Notes under the pieces: generated by a model
The model's database searches: none
What the model was told of the DNA's origin: nothing
Seen by the model: only the letters and a program-made list of their open reading frames with translations
In this document: positions 38,197 to 48,578 of the stretch, one piece after another
Position numbering within the stretch: position 1 is the first letter of the stretch
How the letters are laid out: each line of letters begins with the position of its first letter
Assembly (NCBI GenBank): GCA_963719085.1
Contig: CAVRAL010000001.1
Location: forward strand, 736,001-800,000
Direction of reading: 5' to 3'
Source: a candidate division FCPU426 bacterium
Lineage (GTDB): Bacteria; Oederibacteriota; Muellerivitia; Muellerivitales; Muellerivitaceae
Length of the DNA: 64,000 nucleotides
Translations under genes and position numbers: made by a program

Positions 38197-40216
38197 ATTC
38201 TTTGGACAGGGTCAACCTTTGAAGGATGGGATCCACGGACACGACTCGGGTTTTCATTCTTTCGCCGTAGCGGACAAAAGAACCCCGTTGGCCGCGTAAG
38301 ACCATGGATTTCTCATCAAATTGATAATCATCATCGGTTAAATTTTCAATGGGCACAAAGCCTTCCAAACCGTAGGGCTCCATATCCACATAAACCCCGT
38401 GGGCGGTCATGTGGCGGACCAAGCCGGTGAAGATTTGGCCGACCTTGTCTTCCATGAACTTCAATTGCTTGATGCGCTGGCTTTCGCGCTCGGCCTTTTC
38501 GGCTTGGCGCTCTTGCAGGGAACAGTGGTGGGCCAATTTTTCATAGTGATGGATGTCGCCCTTGATCTTGGCCTTATCGAAAGACTTTTTAAGCGCCCGA
38601 TGGACCACCAGGTCCGGATAACGGCGGATGGGGGAAGTAAAATGACAATAGGACTTCAGGCCCAATCCGAAATGGCCCGCGTTATTGGAGGAGTAAACCG
38701 CCAATTTGAGGGATCTCAGCGACAAAATGGAGATGACCGGTTCCAGCGGGTGGCCCTTGACCGATTCCATCAAATGCCGCAAGCCGATCGGCGTGGTGAG
38801 GTCCTTTTTCTCGAAGGGAATCCGGTAAGCCTGCATCAAGGCGATGATTTCTTCCAAATCCTTCATGTCCGGAGGCTCGTGGATGCGGTACATGGCCGGA
38901 AGATGGTTTTCGCTTAAGTAGGTGGCGACGGCTTCATTGGCGGCCACCATGAAATCCTCGATTAACTTATGGGTTTCCAAACGTTCGGTTTTTTTGACAT
39001 CAATCGGGTTTCCGGCGGCGTCTAAAACCACCCGAATTTCCGGGAAATCAAAATCAAGGGCGCCGGCGGTTTCCCGGCCCTTTCGGATTAAATGGGATAA
39101 CTTCAACATTTCCCGCAGCATCGGTTCTAAGTCGGAATACTTCTGTTTGACTTGATCTGTGGCGGTTTTATTCAAAACGTCTTGGACTTCCTGATAGGTG
39201 CCCCGGCGGAAACTTTGAATCACGGAAGCGCAAAATTCTGTTTTTAACTGCTTGCCCGAAGGCGAATAAATTAAAAAGGCGCTGAGGGTCAAGCGGGGGA
39301 CGCCTTCGCGCAAAGAGCAAAGTCCATCCGATAGTTCGTGGGGAAGCATGGGCAAAACCCGGTCGGCTAAATAAAGGCTGGTCGACCTGGCTTGGGCATC
39401 GACGTCCAAGGGGCTGGTTTCGCGCACATAATGGGACACGTCGGCGATGTGAACCCCTAAGCGGTAATTGCCCTCGGGTGTGGTTTCCAGCGAGATGGCG
39501 TCGTCAAAATCCTTCGCGTCGGCGCCGTCAATGGTGAGGATGGGTGTTTTTCGAAGATCCAAACGGCCTTCCCAGTCTTTTGGCTGAGGATCCGGGGGCA
39601 GGGCCAGGGTTTCGGACATCGCGCCTTTCGAGAAGGAAGTCGGCCATTGATATTTGAAGATGACCGTTTTCATATCAACGCCCGGCTCATTGGGAAAGCC
39701 GAGGATTTCGGTCACGGTGCCTTGAAGAATCTCGGTGGCGCTGGGCCAATGGGTGATTTGGGCGACGGCCTTTTGGCCTTCTTTTCCATGGGCCGGCCAG
39801 CTTTTGAGGGCGACCATATCGGTCAGGCGCGCGTCATCCGGCTTTAAAAAAGCCCGGCCTTGCTCTTTGACCAGGGTTCCCACCAAGCTTTGATAGGCCC
39901 TTTTTTCAATGGAGAGGGTTTCGGCGATGAATTTACCGGCCTTGCGGGGATCGTTCATGACCCGGGCCTTGATGGTGTCGCCATTCATAATATCCCGCAT
40001 TTGATGGGGAGGGATGAAGGCGTCCGGTGAGCCGTCTTGGGGGATTAAGAACCCGAATCCCTTTTCATTGGCTTGAACAATGCCCAATACCTCATAGCCG
40101 CCGGAGGGTTTGTCTTTATGTGAGCGGTTTTCGTGGGAAGAATGTCCCGGGGCCTTGCCTCTGCGTCCGGAGCCTGAGGAAGAAGAGCGGTTTCTTGATC
40201 TGTTTTTTTTCGGCAT
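38189..40216 (-). CDS. rnr: Ribonuclease R
   Basis: GFGFL, TIDGADAKDFDDA, VHIADVS, HFTSPIRRYPDL, S1 domain. Confidence 0.95.
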   Translation of the reverse strand: MPKKNRSRNRSSSSGSGRRGKAPGHSSHENRSHKDKPSGGYEVLGIVQANEKGFGFLIPQDGSPDAFIPPHQMRDIMNGDTIKARVMNDPRKAGKFIAETLSIEKRAYQSLVGTLVKEQGRAFLKPDDARLTDMVALKSWPAHGKEGQKAVAQITHWPSATEILQGTVTEILGFPNEPGVDMKTVIFKYQWPTSFSKGAMSETLALPPDPQPKDWEGRLDLRKTPILTIDGADAKDFDDAISLETTPEGNYRLGVHIADVSHYVRETSPLDVDAQARSTSLYLADRVLPMLPHELSDGLCSLREGVPRLTLSAFLIYSPSGKQLKTEFCASVIQSFRRGTYQEVQDVLNKTATDQVKQKYSDLEPMLREMLKLSHLIRKGRETAGALDFDFPEIRVVLDAAGNPIDVKKTERLETHKLIEDFMVAANEAVATYLSENHLPAMYRIHEPPDMKDLEEIIALMQAYRIPFEKKDLTTPIGLRHLMESVKGHPLEPVISILSLRSLKLAVYSSNNAGHFGLGLKSYCHFTSPIRRYPDLVVHRALKKSFDKAKIKGDIHHYEKLAHHCSLQERQAEKAERESQRIKQLKFMEDKVGQIFTGLVRHMTAHGVYVDMEPYGLEGFVPIENLTDDDYQFDEKSMVLRGQRGSFVRYGERMKTRVVSVDPILQRLTLSKEYA

Positions 40217-40348
40217 GTCTTTTTTAATCCTGTTCGTGTGTTTGATAGTTCTTTATTTTAAAGAGAGCGTCCAAAACAAGGTAAGAACGACTTGCGTTTC
40301 TCGGAAGAAGAGCAGTTTGTCTTGAATTTGACGTGCGGGGCCCATTGC

Positions 40349-40377
40349 TTGACACCCATCGGACGCTACTTTATACT
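40349..40377 (+). promoter_or_regulatory. Sigma70 promoter for tRNA-Leu
   Basis: TTGACA-17nt-TATACT. Confidence 0.75.
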
Positions 40378-40432
40378 ACGGCCTCTTTTTACACAAGGTT
40401 CCCTCAGTTTGAAAAGTTGAACGGTTCACCAG

Positions 40433-40519
40433 GCGGAAGTGGCGAAATTGGCAGACGCACTAGATTCAGGTTCTAGCGGGGGCAACCCCATGGGGGTTCA
40501 ACTCCCCCCTTCCGCACCA
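40433..40519 (+). tRNA. tRNA-Leu(CAG)
   Basis: Acceptor GCGGAAG/CTTCCGC, anticodon arm CTAGA-TTCAGGT-TCTAG, long variable arm, encoded CCA. Confidence 0.96.
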
Positions 40520-40575
40520 GTTTCTGGTGCTTCCAGCCCCGTCTTTTTCAAAAAGTACGATTTTGGACAATCCCT

Positions 40576-43182
40576 TTGAAATCTGATTTAAATTCTCCGG
40601 TCCTTTCCACTGTTCATCAAGTCCGTTTGTCCAATGGCGCCACCCTTCTCATTAAAAAAGACACTTCGGTTCCCGTGGTCTCGCTCAATCTTTGGGTCGA
40701 GGCCGGTTCCATCGACGAAATGCCGACGGAACGGGGAATGGCGCACCTGATTGAGCACATGATCTTCAAAGGCACTCAAAAACGGGGCGTGGGGGAGATC
40801 TCCCGGGATGTGGAAGCGGCGGGCGGCTATCTCAACGCCTTCACCAGTTTCGAGCACACTTGCTTTTATATCGTTCTTCCCAGCGCGCAAATTTTTAAGG
40901 CACTGGATATCCAGTTCGACGCTTTTTTAAATTCCACCTTTGACGCGGGCGAGCTGGAAAAGGAAAAGGAAGTTGTTTTTGAGGAAATGAAGATGCGCAA
41001 AGATGATCCTTGGAGCTGGTCCTGGGAATTATTGTTCAAGGCCGTGTTTAAAAAAAATCCCTATCATTGGCCCGTCATCGGGGATGAGAAAGTTTTAAAA
41101 GCCGTGCCCCGCCAAAATCTCCAAGACTATTACAAGCGCCATTATGTCCCGGAGAAAACGGTCATTTGCGTGGTGGGGGACGTCTCCATTGAGGAGACCG
41201 AAAAATGGGTTCGGGACCATTTTGAAAATGTCTCGCGGCCGGCTCCGCACGGACGCGGCTTTGAGATGGACCAGGAGCCCCGGGCGCTTCAGTTTTTGGA
41301 CCAGCCGGGGGATGTTCAACAATATTATGTCTCGCTGGCTTTTCCCACCGTGTCCATCGACCATCCGGACGCCGCGGCCCTGGAAATATTGGAATCCATC
41401 CTTTCCGACGGCGGCTCCAGCCGCTTAAGCCTTTCGATTCGGGAAGGCAGCCGGTCGGCCGATGAGGTGGGCGCCGATCATTTCACGGGAAAATACGGCG
41501 GGTCCTTTGTCTTTCAGGCCGCGACCGATCGAAAAAGAGTGGAGCGCTTTTTGACCGAAGTGATGGGGCAGGTGGCCAAGCTCAATGAAGCGGACGCGGC
41601 CCCGGATGAGCTTCATAAAATAAAAACACGCATCAAGGCTTCCAAAATATACGAGAAGCAAAGCGTGGATGGACAGGCGAAATCCTTGGGCTATTGGCAG
41701 TTGCAGGGGGATTACCGGCTGGAGGAAAAGTTTTTGGCCGCCTTGGACGCCGTGACGGCTTCCGACCTAAAGCGGGTTTCCCAAAAGTATTTACGGCCCC
41801 ACCGGGCCACGCTTCTTTTTTACCGTCCGGCGTCGGATAAGGCCTTTGCCCCGGGCACTTCTTGGCAAAGCTTACTTCAGGACGCTTTGTCTCCCGCCGC
41901 GCCGCCGGCCTCATCGCCCGTTCAAAAACGCGAATCGCTTCAAAGGTTTCGCCTTTCGAACGGATCAAAACTTTTGATCCGGGAGAGGCATGAGGTTCCT
42001 TTGGTTTCCTTGGGGGTTTATCTGAAGGGCGGATTCCGGGACGAACCCGCGCGGCAAAGCGGTTTGACCGCCTTGATGACCAAGGCATTGCTCAAGGGAA
42101 CCGAGAAAAAATCTTACGGCGAATATTCCCGGGCCGTGGAGCGGCTGGCGGCGCATGTGGACCCCATACTGGAAAAAGATTATTGGGGCCTGACGGTTGA
42201 GAGCTTGAGCGATCAGTTCGCCGAATCCTTCGCCTTGATGACGGAAACGCTTTTAACGCCCGCTTTTTTAAAAGCGGAAGTGGAGAAGGAAAAGCAAATG
42301 CAATTGGCCGCCCTCAAGCGGCTCAAGGACGATCCGGCCGAATACGCGCTTTTGCAATCCGATGTCTTGTCTTTCGCGGGAACTTGTTACGCCCATCCGC
42401 CTCAAGGAACCCCGGAGTCGGTTGTCCGATTGACCAGGGATCATGTCATTCATTGGTATAAGAAGTTTTTATTCGCGTCGAACATGACCTGGGTGGTGGT
42501 GGGGGATGTGGATCCGTTGAAGGTTAAAAAAATGATCGAGGATTCATTTGCCCGGGTTCCGAAAAAGATGACGGAAAAGTCCCGGGGCCCGATCCGGCCG
42601 GTGTCGTCAAAATTAAAGTCCTCATTTGAGAAAAGCAAGAGCCAGCAGTCGAACATGGTTTTGGGTTTCCGCGCGCCGCACTTTAACCAGGAGGATTATT
42701 TTGTCTTCCGGGTCCTGAATACTTTATTGAATGGAATGGGGGGGCGGCTTTTCGTTGAGTTGCGCGAAAAGAACAGTTTGGCTTACAGCGTCTTCGCCGC
42801 TCATGAAGCCTTGGAGTACGCCGGCATCTATCAAATTTATATTGGATGCGCCCCGGGGAAACAAGAAATGGTGAAAAGGGAAATGGCTCGAGTCTTGACG
42901 CGGATCATTGAGGAACCGATCCCGGCCGATGAGCTGAAACGGGCGAAGACTTATATGATCGGTCTTTACCAATTAGGTTTGCAGGCGAACCGTTCCCAGG
43001 CGGGTTCCTTCGCTCGGTATGAGTTGATCGGGCCCGGCGCCGAAGTGGTGCAGGATTTTTCGAAGCGGGTGGAGCGGGTGAGCGCGGATCAGATTAAAAA
43101 AGCCGCCCGTCAATACTTAAAACTCAAAGAGTCCAATTGGGTGATCTTATCGCCCGATTCTTCTCGAAAGGCGAAAGGCTGA
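40576..43182 (+). CDS. M16 (pitrilysin-family) zinc metallopeptidase, two-half single chain
   Basis: AHLIEHMIFKGT (HxxEH), NAFTSFEHT; second half has RLFVELREKNSLAY. Confidence 0.93.
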   Translation: MKSDLNSPVLSTVHQVRLSNGATLLIKKDTSVPVVSLNLWVEAGSIDEMPTERGMAHLIEHMIFKGTQKRGVGEISRDVEAAGGYLNAFTSFEHTCFYIVLPSAQIFKALDIQFDAFLNSTFDAGELEKEKEVVFEEMKMRKDDPWSWSWELLFKAVFKKNPYHWPVIGDEKVLKAVPRQNLQDYYKRHYVPEKTVICVVGDVSIEETEKWVRDHFENVSRPAPHGRGFEMDQEPRALQFLDQPGDVQQYYVSLAFPTVSIDHPDAAALEILESILSDGGSSRLSLSIREGSRSADEVGADHFTGKYGGSFVFQAATDRKRVERFLTEVMGQVAKLNEADAAPDELHKIKTRIKASKIYEKQSVDGQAKSLGYWQLQGDYRLEEKFLAALDAVTASDLKRVSQKYLRPHRATLLFYRPASDKAFAPGTSWQSLLQDALSPAAPPASSPVQKRESLQRFRLSNGSKLLIRERHEVPLVSLGVYLKGGFRDEPARQSGLTALMTKALLKGTEKKSYGEYSRAVERLAAHVDPILEKDYWGLTVESLSDQFAESFALMTETLLTPAFLKAEVEKEKQMQLAALKRLKDDPAEYALLQSDVLSFAGTCYAHPPQGTPESVVRLTRDHVIHWYKKFLFASNMTWVVVGDVDPLKVKKMIEDSFARVPKKMTEKSRGPIRPVSSKLKSSFEKSKSQQSNMVLGFRAPHFNQEDYFVFRVLNTLLNGMGGRLFVELREKNSLAYSVFAAHEALEYAGIYQIYIGCAPGKQEMVKREMARVLTRIIEEPIPADELKRAKTYMIGLYQLGLQANRSQAGSFARYELIGPGAEVVQDFSKRVERVSADQIKKAARQYLKLKESNWVILSPDSSRKAKG

Positions 43183-43183
43183 C

Positions 43184-43486
43184 ATGTTCATTCTGGCGAA
43201 TTTATTGACGGCGCTGGCTAAATTGTTGGACACCCTTTTGGACTTGGCGCTGATTGTGATCCTGGTTCGGGTGGTTTTATCCTGGGCTAACGCCGACCCC
43301 TACAATGCCTTGGTTCGGGCTGTTTTGGCCCTTACAGAGCCGATTTTGGCCCCATTTAGGCGCCTGGTGCCGCCTTGGAAGCTGGGAGGCGTGGATTTGT
43401 CCCCTCTTTTTGCCGCCCTCACTATAGAATTATTACAATGGTTTCTTGTGCCAACGCTCTATGAGCTGGCTTCGCGAATCCAGTAA
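43184..43486 (+). CDS. yggT: YggT family membrane protein
   Basis: VLSW...DPYN...LTEPILAPFRRLVP...DLSPL. Confidence 0.92.
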   Translation: MFILANLLTALAKLLDTLLDLALIVILVRVVLSWANADPYNALVRAVLALTEPILAPFRRLVPPWKLGGVDLSPLFAALTIELLQWFLVPTLYELASRIQ

Positions 43487-43529
43487 ATTCCTTTTAAAAA
43501 ACGCATTGATTGGCAGGAGATTTTAAATT

Positions 43530-45887
43530 TTGAATTCATCGCTTATACCACGCACGATTACCTTTTTGTTTTTACTGGGATTTATCGTTGAACCTTCTTG
43601 GGCCATCGATCCGCTTCCCGTCCAAGACGCTTATGGAATTGGAATGGGGGGAGCGGACAGCGCCATCGTGGGCGGAACCCACTCGATTGAAGTCAATCCG
43701 GCCGGATTGGCCCAAGCCACGGTTCCCATGGGACAAATCGGGCTGGGGCTTGCTCCTCAAGGAACTTTTGATTTAAACAACGTTGTTCTTTATCCGCTTC
43801 AAGATGGGACGGTTTTCGCGCTCTCCCAATTCACCGGGTTTTACAGCGGTTATTCCAACACGGCCATTGTGGGATCCGTCGGCCTGCCGCTGGACTCGTC
43901 CCGGGATCTGTCTTTGGGATTGAACCTCAAATATCTGCTTCTTTCCAATCCGGCGAATTCGGTGGAAGGCCCTGGCCGCGGATTTGGAATGGATTTAGGT
44001 TTTACCTATAACCTCAGGGATTCCAAGGGAACCTTGGCCTCCTTTGGATTAACGATTAAGGATTTAAGCTCCGAGATTCGCTTTTCAAATACGGGCGAGG
44101 AATCCGTGACCCGCACCTTCTCCCTGGGCGCGGCCTATGACGCGATCCAAGACACGCGGATTGAAATGGACGCTGATTTTGTGGATAAGACTTTGGGGCC
44201 CACTTTGTTGCACGACCAGTTTGATTTGGGCGCGGAGCGGTTTTTTCAAGACCGGAATTTTTCGGCCCGGGTCGGTTATAACGACATGTTTCAAAACGAT
44301 GGGGCCTTCACGCTGGGCGGCGGCTATCATCCCGCCCAACCTTTTGAGATCACTTACGCCTTCGAGGTCTCGACCGATTTCAAGCAAGTTTCCAATTTTT
44401 TAACTTTTGTTTACCGGTTGGATGATTGGAATAAAAACAAGACCGAGCAAACCGATAGCAACGGCGAAATTACGCTGGGGCATTCCACGGAGCCTGAGGA
44501 ACAGGCCGCGCAAGAGCCGTCCGCGTCGATCTCCCATACCGGAAGGCCGGTTTCGGGAGTTCCTTTACGAAAAATGCAGGTTTCGGCGCAGCCTAGTTTG
44601 ATTTCGGAGTCCGGCGCCCAAAAAACAACTCAGATCACCTTCCCGGGTGAAAAGCCGGACGATATCGCGGGCTGGGAAATTTTGATTAAAAACTCGACCG
44701 GAAAAATTTACCGGAAAATCGACGGAACGGGCAAGCCTTTTTCGGCCCTGGCATGGGATGGAACGGATGACTCCGGAAAAACGCTTCCCGAAGGCGTTTA
44801 TCAAATCAATCTTCGAACCTTCAACGCTTCCAATGATTTGCTGTCCGACGATTTCACCGACTTGCAAATTGTTCCGGCCCGGTCGCGTTTTGGAATGACG
44901 GTCAACTCGCCTTATTTGTCCATGGCGAAGACGAACAAGACGCCCGGACTTTTATTCACGCCGGACCCGGGCGGTTCCTATGACGCTCCGACTTGGGAAT
45001 TGAAAGTGGAAAACGCCGTCACCCATGAGGTGGTTTATGAACATAAAGGCAAGGTTCGAATCCCGAAGACCCTCAAATGGAACGGACGGGGATTGAAAGG
45101 GTTGCCGGTCCCCGATGGAACTTATGAGTGCACTTTGAGCGCGGTGGATAAATTAGGGGACCAGTTAAGCACGGAGCCGGTTGAAATTATCGTCCGCAGC
45201 GCGCCGCCGGCGGCCGCTTTAAAAGGAGACGATCATTGGGTTGATTTTTCCAAAACGGAAAAATTGAGCCTTCATTTGAGCGCCGAGGATTCGGCGGGAA
45301 TTCAAAACTGGTCAGTGAAGTTATTGGATGAGGATGACAATGTTTTGAAGACTTTCCTGGGGCAAGACGCCCCGCCGGAAGAGGTGGCTTGGAACGGCAA
45401 ATTGGACTCTGCGGAGACCATTCCGGACGGAAGCTTTGTGCGGGCCGAGTTTTGGGTCCAAGATAAAGCCGGTAACATAACCCAAACCGACGATTTTCCC
45501 ATTCAAGTTTTAGTCAAGGCTCCCGCGGGCCAGGCCAGTCTTTCGCTTAACTTAACGACGGTCTATTTCGCCGATGAAGCGGATACCCTGAGCCCGGAAG
45601 CTAAAAAGGAAATACAACAAGCCGCCATTTCCATTAAACCTTACCTGGATAAAAGTATTTTTGTGATCGAGGGCTACGCGGACTCCGCTGAAAACGATGA
45701 TTTGGTGACGCTTTCGCATGACCGGGCCGACAGTGTCCGGGAGTATTTGATGAAGACCTTCTCGGTTTCGGCGGATAAGGTTTTCGCCTTGGGTTATGCC
45801 GCCCGTGAAACGCTGAAGGACGCGGCTGGGGCCGAGCCCGCCGATAAGCAGCGCCGCGCCACGATTACGCTTTATACCCAGCCTTAG
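43530..45887 (+). CDS. Divergent PorV/FadL-like barrel + three FlgD-like Ig repeats + OmpA-like domain
   Basis: GIGMGGA...NPAGLA; three W-x-L...W[DN]G...P[DE]G repeats; IEGYAD...LSHDRADSV...RRATI. Confidence 0.78.
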   Translation: MNSSLIPRTITFLFLLGFIVEPSWAIDPLPVQDAYGIGMGGADSAIVGGTHSIEVNPAGLAQATVPMGQIGLGLAPQGTFDLNNVVLYPLQDGTVFALSQFTGFYSGYSNTAIVGSVGLPLDSSRDLSLGLNLKYLLLSNPANSVEGPGRGFGMDLGFTYNLRDSKGTLASFGLTIKDLSSEIRFSNTGEESVTRTFSLGAAYDAIQDTRIEMDADFVDKTLGPTLLHDQFDLGAERFFQDRNFSARVGYNDMFQNDGAFTLGGGYHPAQPFEITYAFEVSTDFKQVSNFLTFVYRLDDWNKNKTEQTDSNGEITLGHSTEPEEQAAQEPSASISHTGRPVSGVPLRKMQVSAQPSLISESGAQKTTQITFPGEKPDDIAGWEILIKNSTGKIYRKIDGTGKPFSALAWDGTDDSGKTLPEGVYQINLRTFNASNDLLSDDFTDLQIVPARSRFGMTVNSPYLSMAKTNKTPGLLFTPDPGGSYDAPTWELKVENAVTHEVVYEHKGKVRIPKTLKWNGRGLKGLPVPDGTYECTLSAVDKLGDQLSTEPVEIIVRSAPPAAALKGDDHWVDFSKTEKLSLHLSAEDSAGIQNWSVKLLDEDDNVLKTFLGQDAPPEEVAWNGKLDSAETIPDGSFVRAEFWVQDKAGNITQTDDFPIQVLVKAPAGQASLSLNLTTVYFADEADTLSPEAKKEIQQAAISIKPYLDKSIFVIEGYADSAENDDLVTLSHDRADSVREYLMKTFSVSADKVFALGYAARETLKDAAGAEPADKQRRATITLYTQP

Positions 45888-45975
45888 ACGGGTTGAGCCG
45901 AGTCATTCCAACCGACAAAATCCCGAAAATTTGTTAAAATAACAGCCTTACTTCCCAAGAAAGGCTTTCCTTTTA

Positions 45976-47277
45976 ATGAGAAAACTCTTAGGTCTTCTCG
46001 TTGTCGCCGGACTGGCGCTTGGACTGAGCCAGTTTCTCATCCAGGAAAACCGAAAAACCCTTCAAGATCAAACCGTGACCCATCTGGTGTTATGGGATCG
46101 TCCCCCGAAGTCCTTGCCCTTGGACCGGCAGATTTGGGATGAGACGGTCGATCGTTTTGAGGAAGCCAACCCGGACATCAAAGTGGAGAGCTATGAAAGG
46201 ACCTACCAGCCCGAAGAATTCATCACGGTGATGGCCGGCGGCAAGGGGCCGGATTTGGTGAAGGTATGGGTCGGCGCCGTCCAAACCTTGGCCAACATGG
46301 GTTTTTTAAAACCGGTGGATGACTACATCCAAACCTGGAGTCAAAAGGACTACATCAAACCTGTGTTATGGGAAAGCACCCAGGTGGGAGACCATACCTA
46401 TGGAGTTCCCGCGGACACTTATTTTTTATTTTTACTTTACCGCAAGGACCTTTTTGTTCAGGCGGGGCTTAATCCGGATACGCCTCCCGCCAATTGGGAC
46501 CAGTTGGCCGCCGCCGCGAAAATATTGACCCGAAGGGACCAGGGGCAATATGGGTTAGGGCTGGTGCCCAAAACCTGGTATTTTCAGGATTTTGTCTGGC
46601 AGGCCGGCGGGGACATGACAAAAATCGAGAATAATAAAGTGGTTTCGGCTTTCGCCGATCCGCCGGCGGTTCAGGCTCTTAATTTTTGGAAGGATCTTCG
46701 GTGGAAGTATGACGTGCTTCAACCGGATGTTTTAAATAATGAGACCGAGCTCCTTCATCTTTTCGCTTTGGGAAAAGTCGCCATGCTTTTTGGGGTGGCG
46801 GATGAATTACCGGCTTTGATCACCCGCTATAAAATTAAAGCGGATTCTTTTGGAATCGCACCTTTGCCGGCGGGCCCCGCGGGCCCCGCGGCCCATCTGG
46901 GCGGGCAAATTTACATCATTAATTCCACTTCCTCCAAGGACAAGCAGGACGCGGCCTGGAAATGGATCGAATTTGAGCTTTCACCGGCCAATCAGCTTTG
47001 GAAATGGAAGCGAATGCATGATTTAAATATGGTCATATTTCCGGGCGCGTTCAGCTCGGCCACCGATTTGTTAAACCAACCCGAGTTTAAAATGGTCCAG
47101 GACGCCATCACCACGGCTCACTTTGAGCCCCATGTCAATGGCTGGCCTGAAGTCCGGGATTTGCTGGACGAGGACCCGCTTCAAGAGGTTTTACTGGACC
47201 CGGACGCGGATCCGGCCCAACTGCTGCTGGATTACGCTAAAAAAGCCGACCGGGATATTTTTTCTAAATTGAATTAG
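45976..47277 (+). CDS. Carbohydrate ABC transporter substrate-binding protein
   Basis: FEEANPDIKV, GPDL, YGVP, LLYRKDLF...PPANWDQL, DAAWKWIEF. Confidence 0.9.
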   Translation: MRKLLGLLVVAGLALGLSQFLIQENRKTLQDQTVTHLVLWDRPPKSLPLDRQIWDETVDRFEEANPDIKVESYERTYQPEEFITVMAGGKGPDLVKVWVGAVQTLANMGFLKPVDDYIQTWSQKDYIKPVLWESTQVGDHTYGVPADTYFLFLLYRKDLFVQAGLNPDTPPANWDQLAAAAKILTRRDQGQYGLGLVPKTWYFQDFVWQAGGDMTKIENNKVVSAFADPPAVQALNFWKDLRWKYDVLQPDVLNNETELLHLFALGKVAMLFGVADELPALITRYKIKADSFGIAPLPAGPAGPAAHLGGQIYIINSTSSKDKQDAAWKWIEFELSPANQLWKWKRMHDLNMVIFPGAFSSATDLLNQPEFKMVQDAITTAHFEPHVNGWPEVRDLLDEDPLQEVLLDPDADPAQLLLDYAKKADRDIFSKLN

Positions 47278-47287
47278 GAGCCGCCGC

Positions 47288-48574
47288 TTGCCGAAAGACT
47301 TTAAACCCTTTTCCATTTATGACGACGACGAAGAGCACAAGCCCGTTCAGATGCCCTCGGATTTGGGGAAAGAACCTGAGGGTGATTTGGGTTTGGAGAT
47401 CGAGGACGGTCCCGAGCCCGAATATATCAAGGCGCGGGAAGATCTTTTGAAACAACTGGGCTTGGATGGATCCTCCGAGGCGTCGAAAATTCCGGCGGCT
47501 TCTTCCGCGCCGGCTTCCGAGAATCTGGAAAACGCCCCTTTTTTACAAGGCCAAGTGGATCAGTCCGTGGAAGACCGGGCGAAATCCATTATTCAAAACC
47601 GGAAAGAAACGGGGAAAATACGCGACCGGCGGAAAGTCGCCTCGATTTTTGATAAGCCGATTGAGCCGGACAAACCGATCACACCGGGAAAGGCGAGTTG
47701 GCATCCCTTAAGCCATCGGGCCCAGGCCTTTTGGTTTTTGTTCCCAGCGCTTTTATTATTTTGTGTTTTTTATCTTTATCCCATGATCAAAGGTTTTCAG
47801 ATCAGCTTGACCCACTATAGTCCGCTGGGAACGAGCGATCCGGCGGGCTGGGATAATTACGAAAAGGCCTTCGGCGACTCTTTTTTCTGGCAAACGGTGG
47901 TGAACGCGGTCGCTTTCACCTTGGCGTCCCTCGTGATCGGGTTTTGGCCGCCAATTTTTTTAGCGATATTATTGAACGAGGTTACCCGGGGAAAGGGCAT
48001 GATGAAGGTGATGTATTTACTGCCTTTCGTGATTCCAGTGGTGCCCGCCGCCAATTTGTGGCGGTGGATGTTTGACGATGGGTTCGGGGTCTTTAACTCG
48101 ATCTTGCAAACGCTGACGGGCGACCCCCATTCTAGGATCGGCTGGTTGAGCGATCCCCGTTGGGCGCTGCTTTCCATTGTGGTGATGTTTGTCTGGAAGA
48201 ACATGGGCTGGTTTATGCTGATCTATTACGCGTCCTTGCAAAATCTGCCGGATGAGCTTTATGAGGCGGCGGAGCTGGACGGAGCGTCCATTCGAAAAAA
48301 GCTGGTCAGTATCACGTTGCCGTACCTTTTGCCGGTGATTCAAATTTTGCTCATTATACAGGTTTTGACGACCTTTCAAATTTTTACCGAAGTGTATGTG
48401 ATGACCAACGGCGGTCCCATGCATTCGACGGAGGTCATCGGCACCTATATCTATAAAACCGCCTTCGGAAACATGGATTTGGGCTACGCTTCGGCGATGG
48501 CCATGCTCATGTTTGGGGTATTGCTTATTTTTTCGATGATTCGTTTGTATCAGTTAAAACAAGTTTCCCGATAG
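47288..48574 (+). CDS. Carbohydrate ABC transporter permease (MalF/UgpA-like) with long acidic N-terminal extension
   Basis: EAA loop ELYEAAELDGAS, TNGGP; AGGAG SD before TTG 47288. Confidence 0.9.
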   Translation: MPKDFKPFSIYDDDEEHKPVQMPSDLGKEPEGDLGLEIEDGPEPEYIKAREDLLKQLGLDGSSEASKIPAASSAPASENLENAPFLQGQVDQSVEDRAKSIIQNRKETGKIRDRRKVASIFDKPIEPDKPITPGKASWHPLSHRAQAFWFLFPALLLFCVFYLYPMIKGFQISLTHYSPLGTSDPAGWDNYEKAFGDSFFWQTVVNAVAFTLASLVIGFWPPIFLAILLNEVTRGKGMMKVMYLLPFVIPVVPAANLWRWMFDDGFGVFNSILQTLTGDPHSRIGWLSDPRWALLSIVVMFVWKNMGWFMLIYYASLQNLPDELYEAAELDGASIRKKLVSITLPYLLPVIQILLIIQVLTTFQIFTEVYVMTNGGPMHSTEVIGTYIYKTAFGNMDLGYASAMAMLMFGVLLIFSMIRLYQLKQVSR

Positions 48575-48578
48575 GAAA

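Noticed and set aside
40514..40530. GCACCAG-TTT-CTGGTGC hairpin overlapping the tRNA-Leu 3' end
   Set aside because: Only 7 bp and competes with the acceptor stem; no integrase or att duplicate seen
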